Below, one piece after another: positions 11,492-21,875 of a stretch of DNA of 64,000 nt. Below the pieces are notes generated by a model. The model was not told the origin of the DNA, ran no database searches, and saw nothing but the letters and a program-made list of their open reading frames with translations. Numbering within the stretch: position 1 is the stretch's first letter; every line of letters begins with the position of its first letter. A program made the translations under genes and the position numbers. Origin of the DNA: Thermoanaerobaculia bacterium. GTDB taxonomy: Bacteria; Acidobacteriota; Thermoanaerobaculia; Multivoradales; Multivoraceae. The stretch covers positions 3,904,001-3,968,000 of the forward strand of contig OY761158.1 in NCBI GenBank assembly GCA_963664405.1. Reading direction: 5' to 3'.

Positions 11492-12600
11492 TCAGCTCGA
11501 GCTCGGGGGCCCGATCTCGTCGGTAACGCGAACCTGGGTGCGCGAGCGCAGAGTTTCGTAGTTGCTTGCGATCAGGCGCTCCCCTTCGGACAAGCCATCG
11601 ACGACCTCGACTCTGGCCTCGTCTTCCAGGCCGGTCTTGATCCTCCGCTCCTGGGCCACGCCGCCTTCCTCGACGAAGACGATGTCGCGACCGCCGCGAG
11701 AGAGGATCAGCTGTCGCGAAATCACCAGCACGTCCTGGCGTTGATCGACGACGATGTCGGCCTTGACGAACATGCCGGGGCGAAGGATCAGATCGGGATT
11801 GTCGACGGTGACCTCGATCCGGAAGGTCCGTGTCGTCGGATCGATCGTCGGATCGATCACCGCGATCCGTCCCGAGAAGAGAAGATCGCGGAAGGCGTAG
11901 TTGGTGACTCGGACCTCCTGGCCGATCGCGATCAGCGTCATCTGCGAGTTGGGGATCTTCAGATCCACCACGACACCACCGTAGTCGCTGACCTGCCCGA
12001 TCACCGTGTTCGCCTCGACGACAGTCTCCTCGGCGGTGTCGACCAGGCCGGTCAGGTAGCCCGTCAGCGGAGCGAGGACGTTCATCTTCCCGAGCTGAAT
12101 ATTGGCGTCGGTGATGTCGGCCTTGGCGTCGGCGACGATTTTCAGCGCCGACTGAACATCGGAGCGAAGGGCGATCCCGTCTTCGAAGAGCAGCTGTTGC
12201 TCCGCGAGGCTGTCCAGCCCGTCCTGGAGGGCGATCTCGAGCGACTCGAGACGGATCGAGTTGGTGTACTCATCGCTCTCGATCCTTGCGATCTGCTGGC
12301 CGGCCTTGACCCGCGTGCCCTCCACCGGCTTCCGCCCCCGAGTCCAGACGTTGCGAAGGTTTGCACCCGAGGACCAGGGACGTAGTGGAGCTCGCCGCGA
12401 ACCTCTACCAGGATGTCGGCCGCCCGGTTGGCTCGCAGGCTTCCAGTGGTCGAAACGAAGGACTCGATCGTCCCGATCGTGACCGGCTGCACCGTCACCG
12501 GAACGACCAGGTCGACGACGCTCTCCACCGGCTCTTCGCGGCAGCCGGCCAGCGCGACCGCGGTCACCAAAAGAACTGCCGTTAAGCTCCTGAGTGTCAT
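11492..12600 (-). CDS. RND membrane-fusion (periplasmic adaptor) lipoprotein; frameshift at ~12330-12375
   Basis: N-terminus with lipobox LAGC in ORF 12142-12600; MFP body (IDPTIDPTTRTF, LRPGMF) in ORF 11492-12610. Confidence 0.8.
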
Positions 12601-12765
12601 TTCCGTTCACTTTCCAGGGATCGCAGCGACCTTTTTACAACGCTGGAGCCCCTTGGCGGCCCCAATTCGGGAGGTCTTACAAAAACTTTACCTGGATACT
12701 CTGGATGACCGAGGCTCTTCCGCGCAAGACTATTCTTAGGGCGTTATCCTTTTTCGAGAGAGTCC

Positions 12766-13668
12766 ATGGACATACAGATCTCTTCGCTGACCAAGGTCTA
12801 CCGAGAGGGAGCGCCGCCGGCACTGGACGACCTCAGCCTGCGGATCCGTAGCGGAACCTTCGGTCTTCTCGGGCCCAACGGCGCCGGCAAGACCACCCTG
12901 ATCAAGATCCTGTCGACGCAGATGAAGGCCAGTGCCGGCGCCGTTGTGATCGACGGCTTGCGCATCGACGTCGAGCGAGCTCAGGTCCGTGATCGCCTCG
13001 GTTATCTGCCGCAGCACTTCGGTGCCTACCCCAAGCTCACCGCCTTCGAGTTTCTCGACTACATGGGGCGGCTCGCCGATCTCCACCCCAGGAAGAAGCG
13101 CAGGGAAGCCGTTGAACAGGCGCTCGAAGCCGTCGGTCTGGCCTCGGTGCGCGACAGACGAACCGGCACCTTCTCCGGCGGCATGACGCGGCGCCTCGGC
13201 ATCGCCCAGGCCATCCTCTCCGATCCTCCCTTCCTGATCGTCGACGAGCCCACCACCGGGCTCGACCCCGAGGAGCGGATTCGCTTCCGCAAGATTCTCG
13301 GGCGCTTGAGCCGCGACCGCACCATTCTGATCTCGACCCACATCGTCGGCGATATCTCGAGCACATGCGAGGAGATCGCTCTTCTCGATCGCGGCCACCT
13401 GTTGTTTAGTGGCCCGCCCGAGGAGCTCGTTCGCCATGCCGAGAACAAGACCTGGAAGGTCGAGATCGACGATGCCGGATTTGCCGAGCTAAGCCGCCTC
13501 TGGCACGTCGTATCGGTCACCCCGGAAGGCGACGGGCTGACGGTTCGGGTCGTCGGCGACGACACTCCGCCCCCTGGCGCCGTACCCCTTTCGCCCAATC
13601 TCGAAGACGCCTACGTCTATTTCATGGCGATCGAGGGACAGGCTCCCCAATCCCATGGCAGTGGGTGA
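12766..13668 (+). CDS. ABC transporter ATP-binding protein
   Basis: GPNGAGKTT, FSGGMTRR, IVDEPTTGLDP; divergent from the RND operon. Confidence 0.93.
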   Translation: MDIQISSLTKVYREGAPPALDDLSLRIRSGTFGLLGPNGAGKTTLIKILSTQMKASAGAVVIDGLRIDVERAQVRDRLGYLPQHFGAYPKLTAFEFLDYMGRLADLHPRKKRREAVEQALEAVGLASVRDRRTGTFSGGMTRRLGIAQAILSDPPFLIVDEPTTGLDPEERIRFRKILGRLSRDRTILISTHIVGDISSTCEEIALLDRGHLLFSGPPEELVRHAENKTWKVEIDDAGFAELSRLWHVVSVTPEGDGLTVRVVGDDTPPPGAVPLSPNLEDAYVYFMAIEGQAPQSHGSG

Positions 13669-16600
13669 TGAGAGCGCTGCGCAACATCGCCGGTGTCGCC
13701 CGCTACGAGCGCATCATGCTGATGCGAACCACTCGTTTCCGCGCTCTCGGGGTTGTAGGGATCGCTTTTCCTGTCGTCTTCGGGATCGCTCTCGCGATTG
13801 CGGAGTCACGCGGTGGAATCGGCGAGCTTCCCTCGGCCCTGGGCCTCGATGCCTTCGTTCCTTTCTACCTGTACACCTACGTCCAGTCGGTGGTCATCGC
13901 CTTCGTGGCCGGCGGCTTTCGTGCCGCCGACGAGCAGGCCCAGGTCGAGGAGGTCATCGCTGCGCGCCCGCTGTCGACCGCCGAGCTGGTGATCGGGAAG
14001 TACCTGGGGGTGGTGCAGTCTCTGACCCTTCTCAGTCTCAGCGTCATCGGCCTGACCCTGGCGATCCAGGCTGCCAAGCTCAGCCTCACCGGAACGCCCT
14101 TCCTGCTGGCGCCGTACCTCGCCTACTTCTTCCTGATGACGCTCCCGGCGCTCATCTTCATGTCGGCGCTGGTGTTCTGCCTGGGCGCGGTGCTCAAGAA
14201 TCGCACGGCGGTCGCGCTGGTCTCGATCGCTTACGTGCTCGCCGTCCTCTTCTTTCTCGGCACCCGTTACGGCGGCATCTTCGACTTTGGTGCTTTCTTC
14301 GCGCCGCTGGTGTATTCCGACCTGCTCGGGCTCGGCGATATCACCCGGGTCATCGAGATCCGAATCTTCTATCTGGCCTTGGCCGCCGCTCTGCTCGGGT
14401 TCGCGGTGATCGCTTACCCGCGGCTACCGCAATCGGGTCTCTTCGGACGAATGGGTCCTGTTGCGGCGGCGGGAGGTCTGGCCGTGGCCGTCGGTGTGTT
14501 CGTCACCATGGCGCGCCACGACGCCGCGGTAAACGACTACCGGAGCGATCTCTTCGCGACCCAGATCCAACACGGCGACCTCCCGGTACCTTCCGTCGTG
14601 CACTACGACATCGACGTCGACATTCTGGAGGGCGGGGTGCCGCTGAGGGCCCGGGTCGCGATGCAGCTCGTCAACGAGAACGACATCGCCATCGACCCGC
14701 TGATCTTCACTCTCAACCCGGGACTCCTTCTCACCGGGGTGTCAGGCGCGGGGGGGAACGACCTGCCTTTCGAGGTCGACGGCTCGGTGGTGCGAGTGGG
14801 CTTGCCGATGGCGCCGGGCGCGGAGGCCTCGCTCTCGATGTCGTACTGCGGGGACATCGACCGCGACGCTTTCGATCTCCTACGTCGGGTAGCGCGGCTC
14901 GAGAAGCGGACCGGCCCGATCCACAAAGGTGACTTGACGGCGTGGATCCGTGACGAGTCGGTCTTTCTACCGCCGCGCAGCCGCTGGTATCCGGTGCCGG
15001 GCGTCGACTACGGTAACGACGAGGGACGTCCGGTTTTCTTCTACACCGCTCAAATCACCGTCGAGGTGCCAGGCGGATTGGAGGTCGTAACGCAAGGGGT
15101 GCCAAGCGTCGGAGTGTCTCGTGGCGCCGAGGTCGGGGAGCGCGGTCGATCGGTGTGGACCGTTGACACGCCCGTGCCCCAGCTCTCCCTCAACGTCGGC
15201 CGCTACGAGGTGCTCGAGGCCGAGGCAGGTGACACGACAGTTGCCCTCTACGTGCATCCCTCGCATCTGGCGCAGGTGATGGGCTTCGAGGACGCCACCG
15301 AGGAGGTCCTGTCGCTGGTCGAGCAGATGCTCCGGGCGATGGCGCAAGAGACCGGGCTGCCCTACCCCTACCCGCGTTTGTCGGTCGTCGAGATCCCGTT
15401 CCTCGTGCAGTGGTACTACGAAGGATGGGAGGAGAACGGAGGCCTGACCCAGCCCGGCATTCTGATGCTCGAAGAGGACGTGCTCGTCCAGCGCGCTCAG
15501 GGCATGGCGCGCTTGGCGAATCGGATACTGAGCTCCGAGCTCGGCCGTAACCAAGAGCCGGCATCGATCAAACGTAACCTGCTTGCCAATACGATCTTCA
15601 GCGTGTTTCTCGCCAGCGAAGGCCAAAGCAGCGGTTTGTTTCGCTCACCCCTGGTGCAGCTCTGGTCGTTCAACCGCCGCTTCGGGGGCGACAACTCTCC
15701 GCTGATAGCGCGGGGAATGCCTGTGTATCTGCAGGAAGACAAAGCAGAAGACATTCGTATCGCGATGTTTCAGCGCGGTCGCGGTGGCTCACGCGGCGCC
15801 GGAGGAGGCTTCGGGGGTCGCGGCGGCGACCGCTCTGGTGGTGGCAGGGGGCCTGGCCAGTTCCGGGGTGGTCCTGGCGGCCCCGGCGGGCGTCGCAAGC
15901 TCGGCGAGGACGCGACCTGGGACGAGATGCTTGCGGCGATGCAGCAGAGCTCGCTGGCCGAGATGGACCCGGAGGCCGACCCCGATCTTTACCGCTCGGT
16001 CCTCGATGTCAGGGGCATCACGCTCTTTCGGATGATCGAGGCTGTTGTGGGGGACGACCGGTTTACCAACGCCCTCGAGGCCTTCGGCGAGGCCTCCGAA
16101 TTCGGCGAGGTCACTCTCGACGCTTTCGAGCAAGCGATGCTCCCAGAAGGCGCCGACGAGGATGAGATGAGTCGCGAGAGCCTCGATCGACTGATCGGTG
16201 ATTGGCTCTACGGCAGCTACGTTCCTGGCTACACCCTGACCCGCACCGAGGCCAAGAAGGTCGAAGACGGGTGGGGCGCTGTTGTCTACCAGGTCATGGT
16301 TCGCATCCGTAATGGCGAGCCGGGGCGCGGTTTTGTTCAGGTCGAGCTCAGCGGCCGCGGCGACCAGATCACGAAGAACGTCGAGATCGACGGGGGGCAG
16401 GAGGTGGAGGTCTCGATGATCATTAGCACGCGGCCCTCGTTCGTCACGGTCGAGCCCTTCCTGGCCAAGAATCGGCGTGCGCTGCGCTCGCCTCTACGCA
16501 TACCCGAAGAGGTCGAAGCCGGGTCGCCCGAGGAGTATGTTCGGGTGGTGACCGGGGAAGAGGCCGCTTCGACCGAGATCATCGTCGACAACGAGGACGA

Positions 16601-17162
16601 CGGCTTCTCGATGCCGGTGCGCCGTGTGCAGCGTTATCTGCGCCCGGAGCTCGAAGGGGGCAACTGGAACGTGCTCGAGCACCGCTACGCGTTCGGACGC
16701 TACGAGACCAATTTCAGATCCAAGTCGGGTGCCGACGGTGCGCAGCCGGCGCAATGGGCGGCGACGATCCCGCATAGCGGGTACTACGACGTTGCTTACT
16801 ACTTCCTGCCTCGACGCATCAATGGCAGGCCGGTGTTCTTCGGCGCCGCTGATACTTATCGCTTCACCATCTCCCATGGTGGAGAACGAACCGAGATGGC
16901 GGTCCAGACCGATCGGCTCCAGCCCGGTTGGAACCAGCTCGGCCGCCTCATCTTCGAGGCTGGCCAAGAAGCTACCGTCGAGCTAGCAGATCTCGGTGAT
17001 GGCCGAATCTACGCAGACGCTGTGCGCTGGCGCTATATCGACCCCGAGAGCCCCAACGCCGTCTATGACGAGGGTCTTTCGCCTTGGGAGTCAGGCGGGC
17101 CTGGTGGTTTCGGTGGTCGCGGCGGTCCAGGGGGCGGGGGTGGTGGTAGGCGCGGCGACTAG
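13665..17162 (+). CDS. ABC-2 permease fused to an M1-aminopeptidase-like domain (no HExxH) and a golvesin-like C-terminal domain
   Basis: N-terminal TMs; YPYPRLSVVEIP M1-like segment; IIVDNEDDGFS...GWNQLG...IYADAVRW C-terminus; Gly/Arg-rich linkers. Confidence 0.7.
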   Translation: MMRALRNIAGVARYERIMLMRTTRFRALGVVGIAFPVVFGIALAIAESRGGIGELPSALGLDAFVPFYLYTYVQSVVIAFVAGGFRAADEQAQVEEVIAARPLSTAELVIGKYLGVVQSLTLLSLSVIGLTLAIQAAKLSLTGTPFLLAPYLAYFFLMTLPALIFMSALVFCLGAVLKNRTAVALVSIAYVLAVLFFLGTRYGGIFDFGAFFAPLVYSDLLGLGDITRVIEIRIFYLALAAALLGFAVIAYPRLPQSGLFGRMGPVAAAGGLAVAVGVFVTMARHDAAVNDYRSDLFATQIQHGDLPVPSVVHYDIDVDILEGGVPLRARVAMQLVNENDIAIDPLIFTLNPGLLLTGVSGAGGNDLPFEVDGSVVRVGLPMAPGAEASLSMSYCGDIDRDAFDLLRRVARLEKRTGPIHKGDLTAWIRDESVFLPPRSRWYPVPGVDYGNDEGRPVFFYTAQITVEVPGGLEVVTQGVPSVGVSRGAEVGERGRSVWTVDTPVPQLSLNVGRYEVLEAEAGDTTVALYVHPSHLAQVMGFEDATEEVLSLVEQMLRAMAQETGLPYPYPRLSVVEIPFLVQWYYEGWEENGGLTQPGILMLEEDVLVQRAQGMARLANRILSSELGRNQEPASIKRNLLANTIFSVFLASEGQSSGLFRSPLVQLWSFNRRFGGDNSPLIARGMPVYLQEDKAEDIRIAMFQRGRGGSRGAGGGFGGRGGDRSGGGRGPGQFRGGPGGPGGRRKLGEDATWDEMLAAMQQSSLAEMDPEADPDLYRSVLDVRGITLFRMIEAVVGDDRFTNALEAFGEASEFGEVTLDAFEQAMLPEGADEDEMSRESLDRLIGDWLYGSYVPGYTLTRTEAKKVEDGWGAVVYQVMVRIRNGEPGRGFVQVELSGRGDQITKNVEIDGGQEVEVSMIISTRPSFVTVEPFLAKNRRALRSPLRIPEEVEAGSPEEYVRVVTGEEAASTEIIVDNEDDGFSMPVRRVQRYLRPELEGGNWNVLEHRYAFGRYETNFRSKSGADGAQPAQWAATIPHSGYYDVAYYFLPRRINGRPVFFGAADTYRFTISHGGERTEMAVQTDRLQPGWNQLGRLIFEAGQEATVELADLGDGRIYADAVRWRYIDPESPNAVYDEGLSPWESGGPGGFGGRGGPGGGGGGRRGD

Positions 17163-17321
17163 TACACGCGACCATAAATACGGACACGTTTGGAGCGACG
17201 CTGCATCCTCTCCAGCAGCGTTGCGTTCCTTGCGGCGTACTGCCAGGTACGCCTCAGTCACGCGCCTTGCTGGCGAGGCGCTTCGTCGCTCGAAACGTAC
17301 CCGTACTTATGGCCGCATGTA
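17163..17321. mobile_element. MITE-like element 1 with CTAG target duplication
   Basis: CTAG at 17159-17162 and 17322-17325; imperfect ~29-bp terminal inverted repeats (TACACGCGACCATAAATACGG / CCGTACTTATGGCCGCATGTA). Confidence 0.75.
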
Positions 17322-17405
17322 CTAGCCACCCAACAAGCGATCAGCGCGTTGCCGGAGAGTCGCAATCTCTTCGTTGTTCATTGGAGTAGAGCGCGGCGCG
17401 AACAC

Positions 17406-18488
17406 CTATTGCATGAGCGGGCTGTCGTCTCCCCAGGGTTTGATCTGATGGGCGTAGACCGTCGGTCCGTTTCGGAAGTGCGAGGCCTCTTGGAGGGTCT
17501 CGACAAAGGGCATGTCCCGCGGGTAGAGCCTTTCGCCTCGCGGCCGCGGTCCGGCCTTGGAGACGTGGCCCCAGAGTGGGTGTCCGACGACTTCCTCCGC
17601 GATTGCGGCGGCTTCGATCAGCTTGTCCAGGTCTAGACCCGTCTCGACACCCATTTCTTCGCACAGGTAAACAAAGTCTTCGGTTGGAACGTGCCCAGCG
17701 CTTCTGCCATTGCCGCAGTAGGGGCAGCCACCCAAACCGCCGAGAGAAGTGTCGAATCGGGTGACCCCGAACTTGAGGGCCTCGTAGTAGCAGATATTGG
17801 TGACGCCTCTTTGGTTGTGCAGATGAAGACCCAGATCGGAGATCTCGGGCCACCTCTCCGTAATCGCTGACAGCATTTCTATGAGCCGGTCGGGCATGCA
17901 GGCGCCCATGTCGTCGACAATCCTCAGAGATCTGACCGTCAGGTCTCGTTCATGCCAGTGGGCGATCGCCTCGTCGAGTACGCCCAGGGACTGCTCGAGA
18001 GTGGCCTCGCCCTCGAAGTTGGAGCCGAAGGGGTTGCCCAAGGTAATTCCGCCGGCCTCGGCGCCAGCCAGTTTGGCGCGCTCGATGGTGGCGTCGCCTT
18101 GTTGCAACAATTGCTCGGGCGTCCGATTGTAGTTGCGCATCGGGAAGACTCTGCCTACTTCGACGTGGGTTAGGTATCCGCCGGTTTCGACCTTGATCTT
18201 GGGGTAGTACTTCTGCGCTCGCTCCAGGCCGCGTTGGTTGAAGACGGCTGCGGTATAGGTGACGCCCGGCTTGGGCACGAAGCGCTCGGCGATCTCGTCG
18301 ATACAGGCCATCTGGGGAGTCCACTTCGGGCTGACAAAAGAACCGATCGAGATGATCTCGAGCCCGGTATCTCCAAGCGCATCGAGGAGTCTCAGCTTCT
18401 CGTCGACCGAGATGTCCTTGCTTTCGATCTGCAGGCCTTCCCGCATCGTGTCGTCTCTCACCTCTACCGACTTGGGCAAGCGGAACAT
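17406..18488 (-). CDS. HMG-CoA lyase family protein (DRE-TIM)
   Basis: REGLQIE, SFVSPKWTPQMA, LHLHN, GGLGGCPY motifs. Confidence 0.85.
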   Translation of the reverse strand: MFRLPKSVEVRDDTMREGLQIESKDISVDEKLRLLDALGDTGLEIISIGSFVSPKWTPQMACIDEIAERFVPKPGVTYTAAVFNQRGLERAQKYYPKIKVETGGYLTHVEVGRVFPMRNYNRTPEQLLQQGDATIERAKLAGAEAGGITLGNPFGSNFEGEATLEQSLGVLDEAIAHWHERDLTVRSLRIVDDMGACMPDRLIEMLSAITERWPEISDLGLHLHNQRGVTNICYYEALKFGVTRFDTSLGGLGGCPYCGNGRSAGHVPTEDFVYLCEEMGVETGLDLDKLIEAAAIAEEVVGHPLWGHVSKAGPRPRGERLYPRDMPFVETLQEASHFRNGPTVYAHQIKPWGDDSPLMQ

Positions 18489-18640
18489 CGTGGTATCTCC
18501 CTTAGTGGCTCATGCCCTTGCAGCAGAAGACACTCTGGGTGTCAACTCGGCTCACCTGGTTGGGCCTCGGCCGTCGGCTCACTGCTCTGGCGACGACCGC
18601 TGCCCATGATTCTAAGGCCAAACGACCTTGGACGCCCTAG

Positions 18641-18811
18641 ACCAGCGTTTCCGAAGTTCGCGCACATATCTCGGCCCCTTCTGCCCGCTGCCGGCGTTGG
18701 CTAGGCGCCCCCGCGCTCCTCGACATATTGCCCAATATGCCTGCGTCGGCGCGCCTGGCCAGCGAACAGAATGACCTCGAGCTATGGTGCACGAACTTCG
18801 GAAACGCTGGT
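18641..18811. mobile_element. MITE-like element 2 with CTAG target duplication
   Basis: CTAG at 18637-18640 and 18812-18815; 25-bp terminal inverted repeat ACCAGCGTTTCCGAAGTTCG(C/T)GCAC. Confidence 0.8.
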
Positions 18812-18911
18812 CTAGTTGGCGACGGGCGGCGAAGCGTCGCACGTCTTGAACGCTTGCGTATCAGGTGCAAAGAAGAAGTTGACCCCCCGCGGGTTGAACT
18901 AAGCGAAGAGC

Positions 18912-19448
18912 TCAGCCGTTTGCGCTGGCATTCAGTCGCTGGATGGCGAGATCGGTGATGTCGATTCGCGGGTCTACCCACACCAGCCCTGACTGGCGGT
19001 TTTCGAGGATCAGCGAATAGCCGAAGTCCTGCGCCAGGGAGCTGATGATCGGGCCCATTAGAGCTCGGATCTTGTTCACCTGCTCTTCTTGCATTTTCTG
19101 AAACTCCCGCTGCGCGTCCTCCACCATCCTGTCGTAAGTGCGCTTCTTCTCTTCCGCCTGTGCCTGAATCTCGGCGAGCTTGTCCTCCGCGAGCGACAAT
19201 TCTCCCTCCTGAAAGCGGCGCTGCAGAGCGAGCAACTCGTTCTCGATCACTTTGAGCTCCGCCTCCTTCTCTGATCCCACCTTTTGGAGCTCAGCGATCA
19301 TCGCCTTACCGGGCATGGAGTCCCTCACGACTCGGTCCGAATCTATAGTCGCGATCTTGGTTCCTTCCTGCGCCGGAGCTGCACCGGCTGCACTGAACAT
19401 CATCAGTACGCCTAGCACCGTCCGTTTTGTATGGCTCTCGAAGCTCAT
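18912..19448 (-). CDS. skp: OmpH/Skp family periplasmic chaperone
   Basis: Signal peptide, KIATID, long coiled coil, GYSLIL...DITD C-terminus. Confidence 0.85.
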   Translation of the reverse strand: MSFESHTKRTVLGVLMMFSAAGAAPAQEGTKIATIDSDRVVRDSMPGKAMIAELQKVGSEKEAELKVIENELLALQRRFQEGELSLAEDKLAEIQAQAEEKKRTYDRMVEDAQREFQKMQEEQVNKIRALMGPIISSLAQDFGYSLILENRQSGLVWVDPRIDITDLAIQRLNASANG

Positions 19449-19711
19449 GGTCGCTCCTTCTCATCTGGTTGAAACGGTCTCTCCTAGATGGCGCTAACCG
19501 TTGACCGGCACCCGATTGGGATTGGTGGGGAAGACCAGGTTGCCGCGATCTGTCACCCTATAACCCAGGCCTCTGAGAGGCTCTTCCAGCCCGGCGACCC
19601 GCAGCGTGAACCTGGCTCATAGGCTCGGAGCATAACGCTGCGCTGGCGGCGAGGCGATAGCTCTCTGAGCTACACTACTGCCTTGGCACCAGAATAGGAG
19701 AACTGCGAGGA

Positions 19712-20668
19712 ATGGCGGGACGCATTGTCGTCGTGGGGAGCCTGAACACGGACTTCGTCCTGCAGGCGGAGCGCATCCCCGTGTCGGGGGAGACTCTGCT
19801 CGCGACCGCCGACCTGGTGACGAATCCTGGGGGCAAGGGCGCCAACCAGGCCTTTGCCGTGGGGCGCCTCGGCGGAGCGGTTGCGATGGTCGGACGGGTG
19901 GGTAGCGATCCGCGGGGACGCGAGCTCAAAGACAGCTTGCACAGCGTGGGCGTCGACATCGCCGGGGTGAGCGAGGATGTCGAAGCCCCGACCGGTCTCG
20001 GCTCCATCATTGTCGACTCGGCGGGGCAGAACTCGATCGTCGTCGCCGCGGGCGCCAACGCCCGCCTGACACCCCACGATCTCGAAGCGTCGAGCCCCCT
20101 GTTCGAGCAGGGCGGCACTCTGCTGGTCCAGCTCGAGGTTCCGGTCGAGACGGTCGAAGATGCGCTCAGCCGGGCGAAGAGCGCCGGAATGACGACGATC
20201 CTCGACCCCGCGCCGGCTCCGCTGTACCCGCTACCCGAGTCCCTCGCGGGGTTGGTCGACATTCTGACGCCGAATGAGTCGGAAGCCAGAGTGCTGCTCG
20301 GCGAACCGCCCGGGGAGATCGCCGCCGACGAGGTCGTCGAGGTCGCCCGCAGGCTGCAGCGGCTCGGCCCGCGCAACATCGTCCTCACCCTGGGTGAGCG
20401 CGGCGCGCTGTTGCTTGCGGAAGACGGGGATAGGTCTTCGATTCCAACGCCGCGGGTGGAAGTCCGCGATACGACGGCGGCGGGCGACACCCTCAACGCA
20501 GCCTTGGCGGTAGCCCTCGCTGAGGGTCGCCCCTTGGTCGATGCGATCGCCTTCGCCTGTACCGCGGCCGCCCTGGCGGTCACGCGCGTCGGCGCGCAGA
20601 GCTCGGTCCCGGAGCGGTCTGAGGTCGACACTCTCCTATGCAAGATGATGGAAGGCAGCACGGTCTGA
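19712..20668 (+). CDS. rbsK: Ribokinase (PfkB family)
   Basis: VVGSLNTD, GGKGANQA, PNESEA, DTTAAGD motifs. Confidence 0.88.
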   Translation: MAGRIVVVGSLNTDFVLQAERIPVSGETLLATADLVTNPGGKGANQAFAVGRLGGAVAMVGRVGSDPRGRELKDSLHSVGVDIAGVSEDVEAPTGLGSIIVDSAGQNSIVVAAGANARLTPHDLEASSPLFEQGGTLLVQLEVPVETVEDALSRAKSAGMTTILDPAPAPLYPLPESLAGLVDILTPNESEARVLLGEPPGEIAADEVVEVARRLQRLGPRNIVLTLGERGALLLAEDGDRSSIPTPRVEVRDTTAAGDTLNAALAVALAEGRPLVDAIAFACTAAALAVTRVGAQSSVPERSEVDTLLCKMMEGSTV

Positions 20669-20699
20669 TGAAGTCGGTTTCAAGAAGAGGAGGCCTCGA

Positions 20700-21854
20700 A
20701 TGAAGATCTGGAGATTCGTTTTGTCGTGCGGTCTTGGATCGGCGCTGATGGCGTCATCGGCTGTCGGGCAGGAGGGCGAGTTCGATGGCCTTTACATGGG
20801 CCTCGGCAATCTGCCGCGCCTTTCCAGTGCCAAGACCCGGTCTATCTCTCCTGAGAACTTCACCGGCGAGAAAGGGCGGGGCGGCATGGCGACCGAAGGC
20901 ACGGGAGCCGTACCCGCTCGCGATCTCGGTCAGGGCTGGAAGGTGTCGCCGTCGGTCATCATCGGCGCTGGCGAGACCTTCACGCTCGCTGAGATGGAAG
21001 GACCCGGCGCCATCCAGCAGATCTGGATGACTCCGACCGGAGTGTGGCGCTTCTCGATTCTGCGCATCTACTGGGACGACGAGACCACCCCTTCGGTGGA
21101 GGTCCCGGTAGGGGACTTCTTCGCCAACGGCTGGGGCAGCTACGCCCAGGTCTCGTCGATCCCGGTCGCGGTCAATCCCGGGAGTGCCTTCAACTCCTTC
21201 TGGATGATGCCGTTTCGCAAGAAGTGCAGGATCACGATGGAGAACCTCGACGAAGAGGAGATGAGGCTCTACTACCAAGTCAACTACACCCTGACAGAGG
21301 TACCCGCGGACGCGGCCTACTTCCACGCCCAGTTCCGTAGAACCAACCCGGTGCCCTACAAGACCGTCTACACGATTCTCGACGACGTCGCCGGGCAAGG
21401 GCACTACGTCGGCACCTACATGGCCTGGGGCTCGAACAACAACGGCTGGTGGGGAGAAGGGGAGATCAAGTTCTTCATGGATGGTGACAAAGAGTTCCCC
21501 ACCATCGCCGGCACCGGAACCGAGGACTACTTTCTCGGCTCCTACGGCTTCCATGATCCGGGGACGCGGGATTACCTGGAGTTCACCACCCCTTTCGCCG
21601 GCATGCCGCAGGTCATCCGCCCCGACGGCAAGGACAACTCCCAGCAACGCTTCGGCCTGTATCGCTGGCATGTCATGGACCCGATCCGCTTCGATAAAGA
21701 TCTGAGGGTGACCATGCAGGCGCTGGGGTGGCGCAAGGGGCGTCGCTACCTGCCGCTGCAGGACGACCTCGCCTCAGTTGCCTACTGGTACCAGAGAGAG
21801 CCCCACGCGCCCTTCCCAGCACTGCCCGACAAGGACTACCTCGAGATCAGGTAG
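20700..21854 (+). CDS. Secreted GH172 (DUF2961) glycoside hydrolase, putative exo-alpha-D-arabinofuranosidase
   Basis: SISPENFTGEKG, WWGEGEIKF, GTGTEDYF, DDLASVAYWYQ motifs; signal peptide. Confidence 0.88.
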   Translation: MKIWRFVLSCGLGSALMASSAVGQEGEFDGLYMGLGNLPRLSSAKTRSISPENFTGEKGRGGMATEGTGAVPARDLGQGWKVSPSVIIGAGETFTLAEMEGPGAIQQIWMTPTGVWRFSILRIYWDDETTPSVEVPVGDFFANGWGSYAQVSSIPVAVNPGSAFNSFWMMPFRKKCRITMENLDEEEMRLYYQVNYTLTEVPADAAYFHAQFRRTNPVPYKTVYTILDDVAGQGHYVGTYMAWGSNNNGWWGEGEIKFFMDGDKEFPTIAGTGTEDYFLGSYGFHDPGTRDYLEFTTPFAGMPQVIRPDGKDNSQQRFGLYRWHVMDPIRFDKDLRVTMQALGWRKGRRYLPLQDDLASVAYWYQREPHAPFPALPDKDYLEIR

Positions 21855-21875
21855 TCGCGAAGGAGGATCGTAGAA

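Noticed and set aside
5955-12400. Frameshifts at ~5996 and ~12330-12375 (also ~60097) as programmed recoding or true pseudogenes
   Set aside because: Each is repaired by one base in a short G/C homopolymer, typical of long-read error; this cannot be decided without reads.
15770-15900. GGC/GGT-rich tandem repeat
   Set aside because: Explained by Gly/Arg-rich coding sequence.
19490-19700. Riboswitch or ncRNA between skp and ribokinase
   Set aside because: Only a short GCAGCGT/ACGCTGC stem; no family motif recognised.
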